From: Paraspadella gotoi
Lineage: Eukaryota; Animalia; Chaetognatha
Assembly: GCA_051294375.1 (NCBI GenBank)
Contig: CM119267.1
Span: forward strand, 12,719,081-12,783,080
Direction of reading: 5' to 3'
Length of the DNA stretch: 64,000 nucleotides
Position numbers and translations under genes: made by a program
Notes under the pieces: generated by a model
The model's input: the letters and a program-made list of their open reading frames with translations, nothing else
Databases searched by the model: none
Told to the model about the DNA's origin: nothing
Part shown: piece after piece, positions 25,535 to 37,567 of the stretch
Layout: each line of letters opens with the position of its first letter
How positions within the stretch are numbered: the first letter of the stretch is position 1

Positions 25535-26144
25535 TAAGGCGTAGTAAAATTTATAAATTTAACTTTAATTAAAATTCTAAAAGTGAGGAACGAGCAACAT
25601 TATACTAATGAACATTTATGTAATAAAAAAATTTATAATAAATTTTATAATTTACGCAGTAGGCTATATTTATACTACTACTAAACTAATAAATGTTCAA
25701 ATTTCAAAACAGTTTTTTCTAAGATTTTTTGAAGATTTGGATTCGTAATAAAAAGTTGTTAAAAAGAAATATAACTCTTTTTAAAAAATTCCTTCATTAA
25801 GTGGGTCAAAAATTTAAAAAAGCTATATTTTAAGCTAAAAATTAACTTTTTATATATTAAATATAGTTTTTTAATTTTTAACTCACTTAATAAAATAATT
25901 TTTAAAAATGATTTATATTTTCTTTTATCAACTTTTGACGAGGAATTCACATCTGCAATCTGCAATAAGAAAAGCCTATTTTGAAAATTTTTAATATTAT
26001 AAGGATAGTACTATGTATAAATATAGCCTACTGCAAAAATTAAAAAATCATAAAATTAATTTTTTTACAAATTAATGTTCATTGATGGTATGTTGTTCAT
26101 AATTGACTTTTAGAATTTTCGTATGTAACTTTCACTACGCCTTA
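25535..26144. mobile_element. hAT-type MITE with 8-bp TSD
   Basis: GTCCGAAG|TAAGGCGTAGT ... ACTACGCCTTA|GTCCGAAG: perfect 8-bp TSD and 11-bp TIR. Another end of the family lies at 28562-28671. Confidence 0.88.
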
Positions 26145-28123
26145 GTCCGAAGTAAACTAAGCCAAAACAAGAAAAATCCAAACACAATATCTCAGGCTCG
26201 CATACAACATACCAAAATACATAGCATCAGACAGGGTCCTGGACAGCACAGGTGAGAAATGCATTAAGTCACATCTATTGGCATTTGCTTTGAGACGTCT
26301 GCTCGACATGTACAAAAAGGTGTCAATTGTAAAGGAACTGATAAGGGAACATGAGAACAGTTTGAGAACGAATACGACTTACTTACAAGACAGTGCTAAG
26401 CTGTATAAACTGGATCCCTATCGAAGTTAAACCAAACTCCATACAGGAGCCAATCTCTTCAATGCCAATATTGATATCCGGCACCATCGAGCCGCGTGAC
26501 ACTTCAGTCTAAAGGGTGACACGCCATTCTAAAGACCAATCATCGAAGCATCTAAAAAAACTGGCGGCCAACCTCATCACCAATTCTCGGGGAGCAGAAA
26601 CTCGTTCTTGTAACTAATAAATTAAAATTGATTGACCGTTATATCTCGTATTTTCTTCTCCTTAGAATAATATTCTTGTTTCGTGTCCCAAGAACCTTTT
26701 AATAAGGTTATTGACCATAGTGTTCCGATAACCGATAAAAGTTAACGGTTATTAACGGTTAATTATAATTTTAACTTAACCGTTAATGACACAATGAAAA
26801 ATAACGTGGCGAAACGGTCTCGTGCTGATTTTGTCCCTGTAAAATTGTTTCTGAGCCAAATTAATTTTTGGTAATATGTGCNNNNNNNNNNATGATTTTG
26901 AAAAAAATTATTTTGAAACTTGAGAATTAGAGATCTCGAGTAAGGAAAAAAATTTGCAATTCTAAAAAAATCAGCCTTTAGCCTTTCGATTTTTTTAGAG
27001 GCTTATTTTTTTATTTTTTTGATATTTTGATTTTCTATGCAAAACCATTTGAAAATTTTTTAACTTTTTTGATTAGGCTTTTTTGGGGGAAATAAATAAA
27101 TAAATTATTATACGATGGGTACATCTGAAAGTGATATGTCTCTTAATGACGAAAAAATTTTCTTCAAGTTATATTTTGAAATTTAAGTATTGTACCAATT
27201 GAAATAAGTGAGATACTCCCGCTTTGCCGAAATTTTTATTTAACAAAGATTTTTACTGCGTAGTTTAAAAAAAGTTATTTTTTTAAATAACTTTTGAAAG
27301 AAAAGAGGTAGCAAATTAAAGCCCTAATCATGGGACACCTTTCTAAAAGAGTTTTATTAAATTAAATCCATAAATCTTTACAGATTGTTACTTTAAAAAT
27401 TTCAATAAAGGCATATGAAATTTTTTATTTTTCTTTTGTAATTTGAAAAAGGAAAGACTGAATTACATTTTGATTATTATTAAATTTTTTTATTCCATAA
27501 AATTGTTTATATTTTTAGTTAAAGTAAAAAACAAGCAAAAATTTATGTTGTAGCTTGATAAAATGTCTTTTTAAATATCAAAAATTATAAATACAAAAAT
27601 GTTTTCAGCTTGATATAAACAGTAAGGCGGGCCAAAATTGAACACTTTTTATAACTTCTAATTCTCTCAAAAAAATTTCTTTTTTCCCTCTAATACTAAA
27701 TCGATTTTTAATGCAACTTGTTGAATTAGTTCATTGGGTTGTTGCACTGAAGCTTTTAAATATTTATTAATATATAACAAATGACAAAAAAATTTAAAAA
27801 AAAAAAATATTTTTTAAGAACGGATTCCTATAGAGCTTAAAAAGTTAAATGAAAGTTAGTACTACAATCTTTTAAAATTTTGACAAGAAATTGGTTAACT
27901 GAAAAAACGTTAAAAAATCATCATCATCATCATTGATTGAATTAAAATTTTTATCAAACAAAAAATTTTAACAATTTGTATTAATAAACTTTATCTAACT
28001 TTTAAAGCTCTATCAGAATCTATTATGTGACATAATGTGGTATTCCTTTTGTTTCATTGTGTTTTGGTGTTTTAGTGAAAACAAAGTTTAGAGTTTGTAC
28101 TACAACGATTTTTTATTTAATAT

Positions 28124-28167
28124 AAACAGACATGTTTCGACACTTGTTCGAGCCTTAATCAGTGTTT
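28124..28167 (-). ncRNA. Minimal hammerhead motif with a core mutation
   Basis: Minus strand reads AAACA-CTGATTA-a-GGC..GTC-GAAA-CATGTC-TGTTT: perfect 5-bp stem I and GUC triplet, but G8 is changed to T. Confidence 0.55.
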
Positions 28168-29402
28168 GACAGACTATCAAAAACTTTTGCAAAAGTAAAT
28201 GTGTGTGAGAGAGAGAGAGACAGAGCTAAAGTTTCTAACAAAGTGGTGAGACAGAATAGTGTTCAGAGGTGAGGATAGGTGAAGGCAAGGACAGATAGAG
28301 TGAGTTTTGAAAAGAAAGTGAAATGGTTAAACAGAGAGAGAGTGAGAGAGAGAGAGAGAGAGAGAGGTAATATGATAACAATTAGCTAAATAATAAATTA
28401 AATTAAATATAGAATTTGAAATGTCAAATGAGAAAAATTTACATTTGTTAGGGATAATTAAGTTAAAGAAGAAAGGATGAAATATAAAAGATAAGATAGA
28501 GCTCAAAATGAGCTGGCCCCCCTTGGTTGTAGCAAAGGAGAGACATGGACGATGTGGTCAGTAAGGCGTAGTGAAAGTTACATACGAAAATTCTAAAAGT
28601 CAATTATGAACATCATACCATCAGTGAATATTAATTGGTAAAAAAAAATTAATTTCGTTTTTTAATTTTTGNNNNNNNNNNTATTTTTAAATATCAATAA
28701 TGATAATTACAAACATTTTTTCAGCTTGATATAAACAGTCTGGACATCTACCTTCTTGTCTGTGTTTTCACAAATCGTCATTTTTCATTATCTTTAACTG
28801 CAAACTAAAAGCTTGACACACTGCTTGTTTATCATAATAAAATTTTAAAAATTTATATAGCTGGCAACATATTTGACAAAGCAAGACATCATTGTGTTAA
28901 ATTGTATTGATAATTTTCTTTTAAATATAGCAAGGAATTAAGATCTATTATTTATCATCCATTTTAATTAAGAAATTGGAAAGGGTTTATTGACTGACTT
29001 AATGATCGAATTTTTTAGATTTCTTTACTGCCCCCATTTCACAAGATATAAAAGGTCATGGTTATCATGTCAATAAGTCCAGATTATCTGTACCCTTTCT
29101 GCAAACTGTATTCCGAATTTTCTTTTTTTCCCTTTCAAATGTATTAAATAAAAAAAAATATTTGAGAGAACAATCGGCGTGGAGGATGCCATTGGTAAGC
29201 CTTAGTTACTCCACTTCCCGATCGAATTTTTAAATGAGGTTTTTTTCCCATATATTTGAGACATAACACTAACTATTGGTACTATTATTTTTTTTCTATT
29301 ACAATTATATGAATAAATATGAATAAGTAACTTTTTTTTAAAATTTATCATCTTTAATCCTATATTCAGTCATATCTAAAAAACATGTTGGAGGAGATTT
29401 TA

Positions 29403-29593
29403 TGTAGATCGCCAGCGGGCGAAGGTGGCTCACGTCGAGGGGGAGCTGGAACGCATCTGCCCACCAATCAGGGCTCCGAGCGGACGGCGCTGTCGACAGA
29501 TGCTAGAGTTTTACTGTATGGATCTGAGAGAGATACAGTGTAGCACAATATGAACGAGGGAGACGTGGACCAAGAACCATATATTCTGACACA
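29403..29593. mobile_element. Possible solo LTR
   Basis: GC-richer 190-bp island bounded by TGT...ACA in AT-rich context. No TSD or second copy seen. Confidence 0.25.
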
Positions 29594-30058
29594 TATCATT
29601 TATTAATATAGCACGATACTCTTTTCACTAAAAGGAAACAGATCAATAAATGATAAGTAATGACAATCAATAATGATTATTTATAACTGAAATGAGTTTA
29701 GTATTTTTTCCCGTCCTCTCTTATTCACCTCTCCCTTTCTCACCATATTTCCCCCCTCTCTCTCTTCTCCATTTTTTCAATGTTTTTTTCCTTTTTTATT
29801 ATCAACCCCAATCTTTTTTCTATCCTAATCTCTCTTATTATTTCTTCCCCTAACTTTATACCCTTCTGTTCCTTTCTTTTTCTTTCTCTCTTTTCCCCTC
29901 CTTCTTTCCCCCTTTCTTTTCTCTCCTTTTTTTCTGCCCTTCCAGTATTTTTTTTCTCCCAAAATTTTTCCGTTTTTCCTTTCAACTAATTTTATGAATT
30001 TACATCTTAGAGAAAAAGTTTGAATTAATTGGCAATAACGATTTATTTTCAAGATGAA

Positions 30059-30265
30059 AACGTACATGTTTCGGATTTTGTACAAGCCTTCTTCAGCGTC
30101 AATTTAGTTTGTGAAAATATTAGACAGATTTTGTGTAGAAGAAGGGGAGAGAGAGAAAGAGAGAGAGAGAGAGGGCAAAGTTTTCTGTTTCTCTGTTTCT
30201 CTCTCCCCATCTTCTACACAAAATCTGTCTAATAATTTCACAAACTAAATTGACGCTCAAGAAGG
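30059..30265 (-). mobile_element. Penelope pLTR-like foldback carrying a hammerhead motif
   Basis: 30059-30100 on the minus strand reads GACG-CTGAAGA-a-GGCTT..AATCC-GAAA-CATGTA-CGTT. Inverted arms span 30087-30265. Same family as 47152-47668. Confidence 0.65.
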
Positions 30266-30399
30266 AATCTTTAAAAAGATCAATGATGATTTACTTTTTA
30301 ATAAAACAAAAGAAAAATTATTAATCAATAAACCATTCAATTAATAAACTAATATTCATATTTTATATTTATAATTATGGTCACGGTTTATGAAAGACT

Positions 30400-31250
30400 A
30401 ACAACTAAAAAAATAATGAGGAAGAGAAATAGAGAAAGAAAAAGAGAAAGCGAAAGAGAGAGAGAGAGAGAAAGAGAGAACGTGAAAACATTAATATAAA
30501 AAAATCTTAAAAGAATAGGATCGAGCCTACCTTCAATGATAACCAAATATTGATGCAATGATAACCAAAGGATTGATGCGATGATAACCAAATGATTGAT
30601 GCGATGATTACCAAATATTGATGCAATGATAACCAATAATTGATGCGATGATAACCAAATGATCGATGTGATGATAACCAAATGATTGATGTGATAATAA
30701 CCAAATGGTTGATGCGATGATAGTCATTCATTGATGTGATGATAATCATTCATTGATACGATGATAGTCATTCATTGATGCGATGATAGTCATTCATTGA
30801 CGCAATGAATTATTCATCATAAATAAAACAAACAAATGCGTGTATGAGTGAAAGAGTGAGAGAAAGAGAGAGAGAAAGAAAGAGAGAAAGAAAGAAAGAG
30901 AATAAATCCTCGAAAATCTCGGATGTAAATTTGGGATTTTGCATTGAGAAAAAATGGCGATAATAAAAGTTTTTAAAAGGAAAAAAAATAATCAATTTTT
31001 TTCAAAAAACGATCACGCAAGAGATCGTACAGAGAGAGAGAAAGACAGAGAGAGACAGACAGAGAGAGAGAGATAGAGAGATAGAAAGCTGGACAGCCGC
31101 TGGAAGACAGCTGAACAATCACTGCAGAGCCTGAACTCGTTTTTAAAGGGTTCAGAAAAGGCAGCAACTGATAAAAATAAGAAAAAAAATCTATATATAA
31201 TTTAATGAAATAAAAGAAGATTTTATTTTTATTTGTATTAAAATTAAGAT
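30400..31250. repeat. Dispersed repeat with a 22-23 bp tandem array (GATAACCAAATGATTGATGCGAT)
   Basis: Array at about 30536-30805; paralogue at about 33760-34500 and a fragment at 16876-16972. Confidence 0.8.
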
Positions 31251-31336
31251 ATAGCTCCTCATTAAAAAGGTCTTTTGATTTCACATGTTTTTTATTGATT
31301 CAAAGATTTGTTTATGAATTTCATCTTCAATATTAG

Positions 31337-31482
31337 TGTTTTTGTTGCTGTTGTGTTCGGATGTCGGGCTCAACAATGAAGAGACAGTAATGAGTGTTAT
31401 GTGTAAGTGACAGAACCGTTCAATATAAGCAGTCCCTGAGCTTTGGAACAGGATGTAACACCGTGTTATAGGCGGGTTAAGC
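31337..31482 (-). mobile_element. Family B fragment: 5'-truncated LTR, PBS and CAA-rich tail
   Basis: 31377-31482 matches 17003-17108. The minus strand continues TGTTGAGCCCGACATCCGAACACAACAGCAACAAAAACA. Confidence 0.65.
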
Positions 31483-32467
31483 AGTTAAAATGCAACGAAA
31501 CGAAAGAAAAATCAATACAATGACTATAATATAAATAAAATAAAAACAGGGCCGGTTAATTTTTATACTACAGTAGTCATAAGTATATCAATCTCTTCAG
31601 ATTTGCAAGGGCTTTCAGAAAATAATTATATTAATATTATCTTATTCAATTTTTTTCGAGAAAACTTACTAAAAGTAAGAGTAAGAGTTTAAAAATCAGA
31701 AACAATTTTCAAATATATATACAGTGGAGGACGGAATTTTTAGTGAAAAGAATTCGAAACCAAAGAAAATGAACGAGAGTTTATTTCAGTATAACATCAA
31801 AGGGAAATGCGTGCGAGAATAAAATAACAATGACTTTTATATGAACTACGACACAATGAAAAATAACGTGGCGATACGGTCTCGTGCTGATTTTGTTACC
31901 ACGCCCAGGAGAGGCAGGCAGGCAGTCGGATAAGCTCCCTCTTACAAAGGGCGGGGCAGCTAGATACCTTATAAAGTCAGTTTAGTCAGTATCTTCCCTC
32001 TTGACTCTTCTACCCCCTCTCCCGATAGGTTTAGGGGTATATAGGGGTATAAAATCCTTTCTTCATTCTTCCCTTTCTTCCCTTCCTCCTTCCTCGCAGG
32101 AACGAAAGGAAAAAGGACCTCATCGACGATGGGGATCCGAAAGATGGTAGGCAGAGTGAATGGAGACCACTCAACCAACGACTCCTGAGGAATGTGAAAG
32201 GGAATGGAATTTTAGGCCGATAAATATTATTGACATTTTTGTAATTTACAAAAAAAAACAAAATAATATTTCTTAAAATGATACTATAAATTACTCAGGG
32301 TTAAAAAAACAAATTATTCAACCAATATGACACTATAAAATTTCACAAGGATAGGCATTAATTGTATCGGACAATGAAATCGCGAATATATAAAAGGGAA
32401 TCAATTTCAAGTTTCATTTCACACAATTTTTACAAAAAAATCTTACTCTCATTTCGACATTTCTAAA

Positions 32468-33750
32468 ACAAGTTTGAGCAAACAATGTCGGATCTGCCCA
32501 CGATCATTATCGGTAAGTAATTAATTAATAATTAATTAATAATTAATTCAAGTTAATTAATTATTTAATTAATTAATAATTAATTTATTCAAGTTAATTA
32601 TTTAATTAATTAGGCAATTAATTAATTAATTTGATCAAAAATGTTTGTTTTGATTGATTAATTGACTGATTAATTAATTATTGTAGAGATATGTCCCCCT
32701 TTTTCCCCCATTTATTTGTTTGCCTTTTGTTATTACCGTTTCTGCCGATAGATGCCTCTTTTCTTTTCTTTAGGAGATTACACTCCTCTTTTCTTTTCTT
32801 ACCAGATATACTAGGCCCATGTAGATTCTTAGGACTTTTCTGCCCGTCATCAAACTGCCTTTTATGAGGCTCAGGACCCTTCACGTCATGTCACGTCACC
32901 CTTTTGATACCGTTTCCAGACAGAGTCATTGTGGCCATAGACCACGCTTGGGACTTGTGGATGCGCTCGTGGTCGGACTTTCACTCCGTCATAGACTCAT
33001 GGACGGACTTGTGGTCCCCACCATTCGACCACACTCGGGTGACGACAGCCTCGCCGATTACTCCCTCATCACGGTGAGCCGACGTTTCCAGCGCACACGC
33101 AACGGCGCCAGACGTGGCCACGCCCACTTCCGGAGGCGTCAGCGAGGGACGTGGAGGACGACGGTCCTCAGTAGCGGCGCGACGGGGGCGAAGCAGAGGC
33201 GGCTACACGAGCACACAGCAAGTGTTCGTACAATTATTGATTAATTAATTGACTAATTGATTAATTAACTGATTTGTTTTTTCCATTTAAACTCATTTCC
33301 ACTCTAAAAATTCCATCGAAACTTGATTTCCAGTAATTTTAATCACACACTTTTCTACGGGCCATAAATACTAAATATTTCAAGTCATCGCCCCATCCAC
33401 TCATGAGTAATTGTGTTCAAATAGTAAAATATATTTTTTGTTTTTTTCCATTTAAACTCATTTCCACTCGGACGATTCCATCGAAACTTTATATACAGCT
33501 CAATCACCCACCTCCCTACCCACACACAAAATTTCATTCCAATCCATTCTCCGAATCACTGCAGTAATTGGTGTTTTTTGTTAAGGTGGGACGGATGGAC
33601 GGACGGACGGACGGGCAGACGGACGGACAGATGGATGGACGGACATCGTTTTTTTTGCATAATTTATCATAATTCAATGTTCTGACATGATATAATTGTA
33701 TGCCTGACAATATTGAGGGGGCGGACCGACGGACCGACAAAGTGAATTAT
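32468..33750 (-). mobile_element. HINE copy with an unidentified GC-richer insert (about 32680-33230)
   Basis: 3' terminus CAAGTTTGAGCAAACAATGTCGGATCTGC near 32469; GGAC microsatellite at about 33588-33644; 5' hairpin lost. Confidence 0.65.
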
Positions 33751-34110
33751 AAAAAAACAAAAAATCTTAAAAGAATAGGATCGAGCCTCCCTTCAATGAT
33801 AACCAAATATTGGTGCGATGATAAACAAAGGATTAATGGGATGATAACCAAATGATTGATGGGATGATAACCAAATGATTGATGCGATGATAACCAAATA
33901 TTGATGCGATGATAAACAATAATTGATGCGATGATAACCAAATGATTGATTTTATGATTACCAAATGATTGATGTGATAATAAGCAAATATTTCATGCTA
34001 TGATAGTCATTCATTGATGTGATGATAATCATTCATTGATATGATGATAGTCATTCATTGACGCAAAGAATCATTCATCATAAATAAAACAAGCAAGTGC
34101 GTGTATGAGT

Positions 34111-34142
<32 letters not shown>

Positions 34143-35483
34143 TTGAATGAGAGAGAGAAAGAACGTGAATAAATCTTCGAAAATCTTGGATGTAAATTTG
34201 GGATTCTGCATTGAGAAAAAATCGCGGAATAATAAAATAATAAAAGTTTTTAAAAGGAAAAAAATAATTAAATTTTTTTAAAAAAACGATCACGCAAGAG
34301 ATCGTACAGAGAGAGAAAGAGACAGAGAGAGACAGAGAGAGACAGAAAGAGAAAGAGAAAGACAGACAGAGAGAGAAAGAGAGAGATAGCTGGACAGCCA
34401 CTGAACAGTCACTGCAGAGCCTGAACTCGTTTTTAAAGGGTTCAGAAAAGGCAGCAACTGACAAAAATAAAAATAAAAATTTTTATATAATTTAAAGAAA
34501 TAAAAGAAAAGAAAAAATGTTACAATTGCTTACAATTGAAAATTTTTACAATTTGGATATTATAATGAGTACTATAATCTCATTTGCATATTGCAGTAAA
34601 TCATAATGAAGTGGAAATTCAAACAAAAATACTTCAATCCAAATGTAATATGAAAATTTCAGAGTTATTTCAAGATGAGAAGCCATATCTAAATTTTTAA
34701 CTTACTATGATCGCACACTTTTATAAAACTTTGTTGTAATTTATAATAATTTTTATTTAAAAAAAAGGTAAGTCCCAGCCAAAACTATAAAAGCGTAGTA
34801 GTTTTTATATAAAAATGCGTGACGTCGATGACGACGACGACTACGTTACAAAGAAGCTCACCCAAATCAATATCGAGCCTGAACCGGCTTCGCCGGTAGG
34901 CTCGATAAAAATGATTGCCATTCTTTTCCTTTTCTCGGTAAGTCGATGCTCTTTTTAATTTACATAAAAATTTGAACTTTTTTATGAAACAAAAGACATA
35001 TGAAAAATGCATTATGCAGACGATAATAACCATAGTATGCAAAGCAATTCAAATAAAAAATCATAACCGATGAATTCAATTTTTAGAATAATTTTTTTTT
35101 AAATGCACAAATAAGTTGAATTCGAAAAGCAACAATTTTTAACAGTAATTCAAAAACGGAAATAAAATATCATCATTTTTTTTTAATAAAAAAACGAAAA
35201 AAAAACTTTTACCATTTTTCGCGAAATAAGTTTACTTTCATATTGATTATTGATCGTTTTTTATTCAATTACTGGTTTAACATGCAATGTTTATTTTTGA
35301 TCAGAGTTTTTATTATTATTACGATTACAAAATAACTTTATCCTCACACACTTTACTCAGAGTTCCCCCTCTCACACATTAGGCCTATCTAAACATATAT
35401 ATATAAGCGATCTAATCTCCATTAGTGATAAACTTTTTAGGCACAAATACATCTCACCAATCTTTCAATCTATAAGGTAGACA

Positions 35484-36173
35484 TGTAGTCGGGCATTGCC
35501 TAGGTTCACCCCGCCTCTAAGCATGACACCTTCAGTCCTGACCCGGTGGCTCATTGAGTAAAGCCATCAGCTCATGACCACTAGGCACCGGGTTCAATCC
35601 CAACCCGGTACCTACCCTGTGGGAAGCGTGAGGATGGCCGTAAGCCGCCTTGGGGGCGGCTTACCCTCAAGCCTGGTTCCAAGCCCAGGACCCATTCCAT
35701 GGCTACTAAAGGGGTTTAAAAAAGTTACGGATAGTCATCTTCGTCCCACTTAGCGCCTAATCCATACTGGTGAGCCCATCCCGTCGAACGTATTCCAACC
35801 TTCTGATTCCAGGCCCATGGACGTGCCGAAGATTGCTCCCCTCCCTCCACTGGAAGCAGTGCAGGGTGGGTTACAATCTGGGGGGCATGTAGTCGGGCAT
35901 TGTCTAGTTTCACCCGGCCTATAAGCATGATTATTTCAGTTGTGACCCGGTGGCTCATTGAGTAAAGCCATCAGCTCATGACCACTAGGTACCGGGTTCA
36001 ATCCCAACCCGGTACCTACCCTGTGGGAAGAGTGAGGGCGGCCGTAAGCCACCTTGGGGGGCGTGGCAAACCCTCAATCCTGGTTCCAAGCCCAGGACCC
36101 CTTCCATGTCTGCTAGAGGGGGTTATAGAAGTTACAGATAGTCATCTTCTGCACACTAAGCGCCTTATCCACA
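35484..36173 (+). mobile_element. Complete TRIM, family C, second copy
   Basis: LTR1 35484-35766, PBS TGGTGAGCCC 35768-35777, PPT GGGGGG 35880-35885, LTR2 35888-36173 (TGTAG..CCACA). A-box TGGCTCATTGAG at 35547-35558 and B-box GGTTCAATCCC at 35591-35601, both repeated in LTR2. Flanks GACA/GTAT do not match. Confidence 0.85.
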
Positions 36174-37524
36174 GTATGAGCAATAACTGTGGTCGAGGCC
36201 GAATGAGGGCAGCGACTGACGACCTCAGTTTTTGTGAATCACGTTTTCCTTATCAAAGATTTGACCTCGAAGGTAAAAAAACCATCGTGAATGTGCGATT
36301 TGGGAGGCGGCCCAGGGGGGATTTTAGAGCTCTACCTTTATTTTCCTCATACACTCCTTTCAGACTCTCACTCCCTCCACACACACATTTTATCCCCCAA
36401 ACGATTCGTCGACGCTACAGCAAACACAACAAACTAGAGTGGCGAGGGGAGAGAGGTGGCATAAAGGGGGAAAAATCAAATAAAAGTGAAATGAAATTCA
36501 ATTTGGCAAAAGGCGTGCCGAGAATTTAACTTGCTCATGAAAGGGGGCGGCGGCAGCGGCGGCGGCGGCGGCCGTCGCCGTGGCGGCGGCGGCGGGTGAG
36601 AAAAGGGGACCGACGGAAAGGGAGGCGGAATGGGCGGCGATTGAAGCGGCGACGACCACCTAAAACCTCGATATTGGCAATATTGTTTCGAAATCTCCTC
36701 GACGTTTATTTTCCATTGTTTCGCTCAAAACGGATGGGTCGTTACATCCTTTTTCTCTCTCATCGTCGGAAACCCGGATGTAAATGAGGGATCAGGCAAT
36801 TTGCACTCGGCGGACGAAAATCGTTGGCAAACTTTAGAGGTTTTTTTTGTCAATCACTTTAGTGATTTACTTACCCCCCCGAAATTGTCAAATTGTTTTC
36901 CTTTTTTTAAATTTTTTTTTCCAGTTATTTAATTTTTGTTCTTTCCTATTAGGATTTGTCCGTTACTTACTCTACTAAGGCGATATACCACCGGTCTCTC
37001 TCTCTCTAAACCGTTCCTCTTTGACTGGACAAAGCAATAGGGACGAGGAGACCGTAAGGTCAAGTCGGTTTAGGCGATGATAAAAGTAGATCAGGAGAGA
37101 GCTCATCTCACTCTTTTTCTACATGTCTTACAAAGTTACAATTCTTTACCTTTTCCATACTTTTATGATTACTATTTTTTATCTTCTATATTACTATGAG
37201 CATTTTCCCTTTACTTTCTATAAAAATTTGCTTTTCTGTCTGCACCCACTAGATCTTCATCTGCATTGCTTTATACAAATTGCTTAGCAGATTCGAAAAA
37301 CGAAAGTTTTAAATATTTTTACAACAATTTTATTACAAATTATTGGATATGTTTCGACTCTTGTTTTGTTCGATTCTCATTTTTCACAATCATAAAGTTA
37401 AGGACAGAGAGAGAGTGAGAGAGAGTTTCCAACAAAAAATTGAGAAGGGACAGTGGTCAGATTTTAGGACAGGTCAAGGTAAGGACAAGAAAAAGAGGAA
37501 ATAAGTTGATTTTTGTGTAATGGT

Positions 37525-37567
<43 letters not shown>

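Noticed and set aside
35540-35610. Functional tRNA-Met gene
   Set aside because: The anticodon and acceptor stems do not pair properly and it is embedded in repeated LTRs; it is only tRNA-derived.
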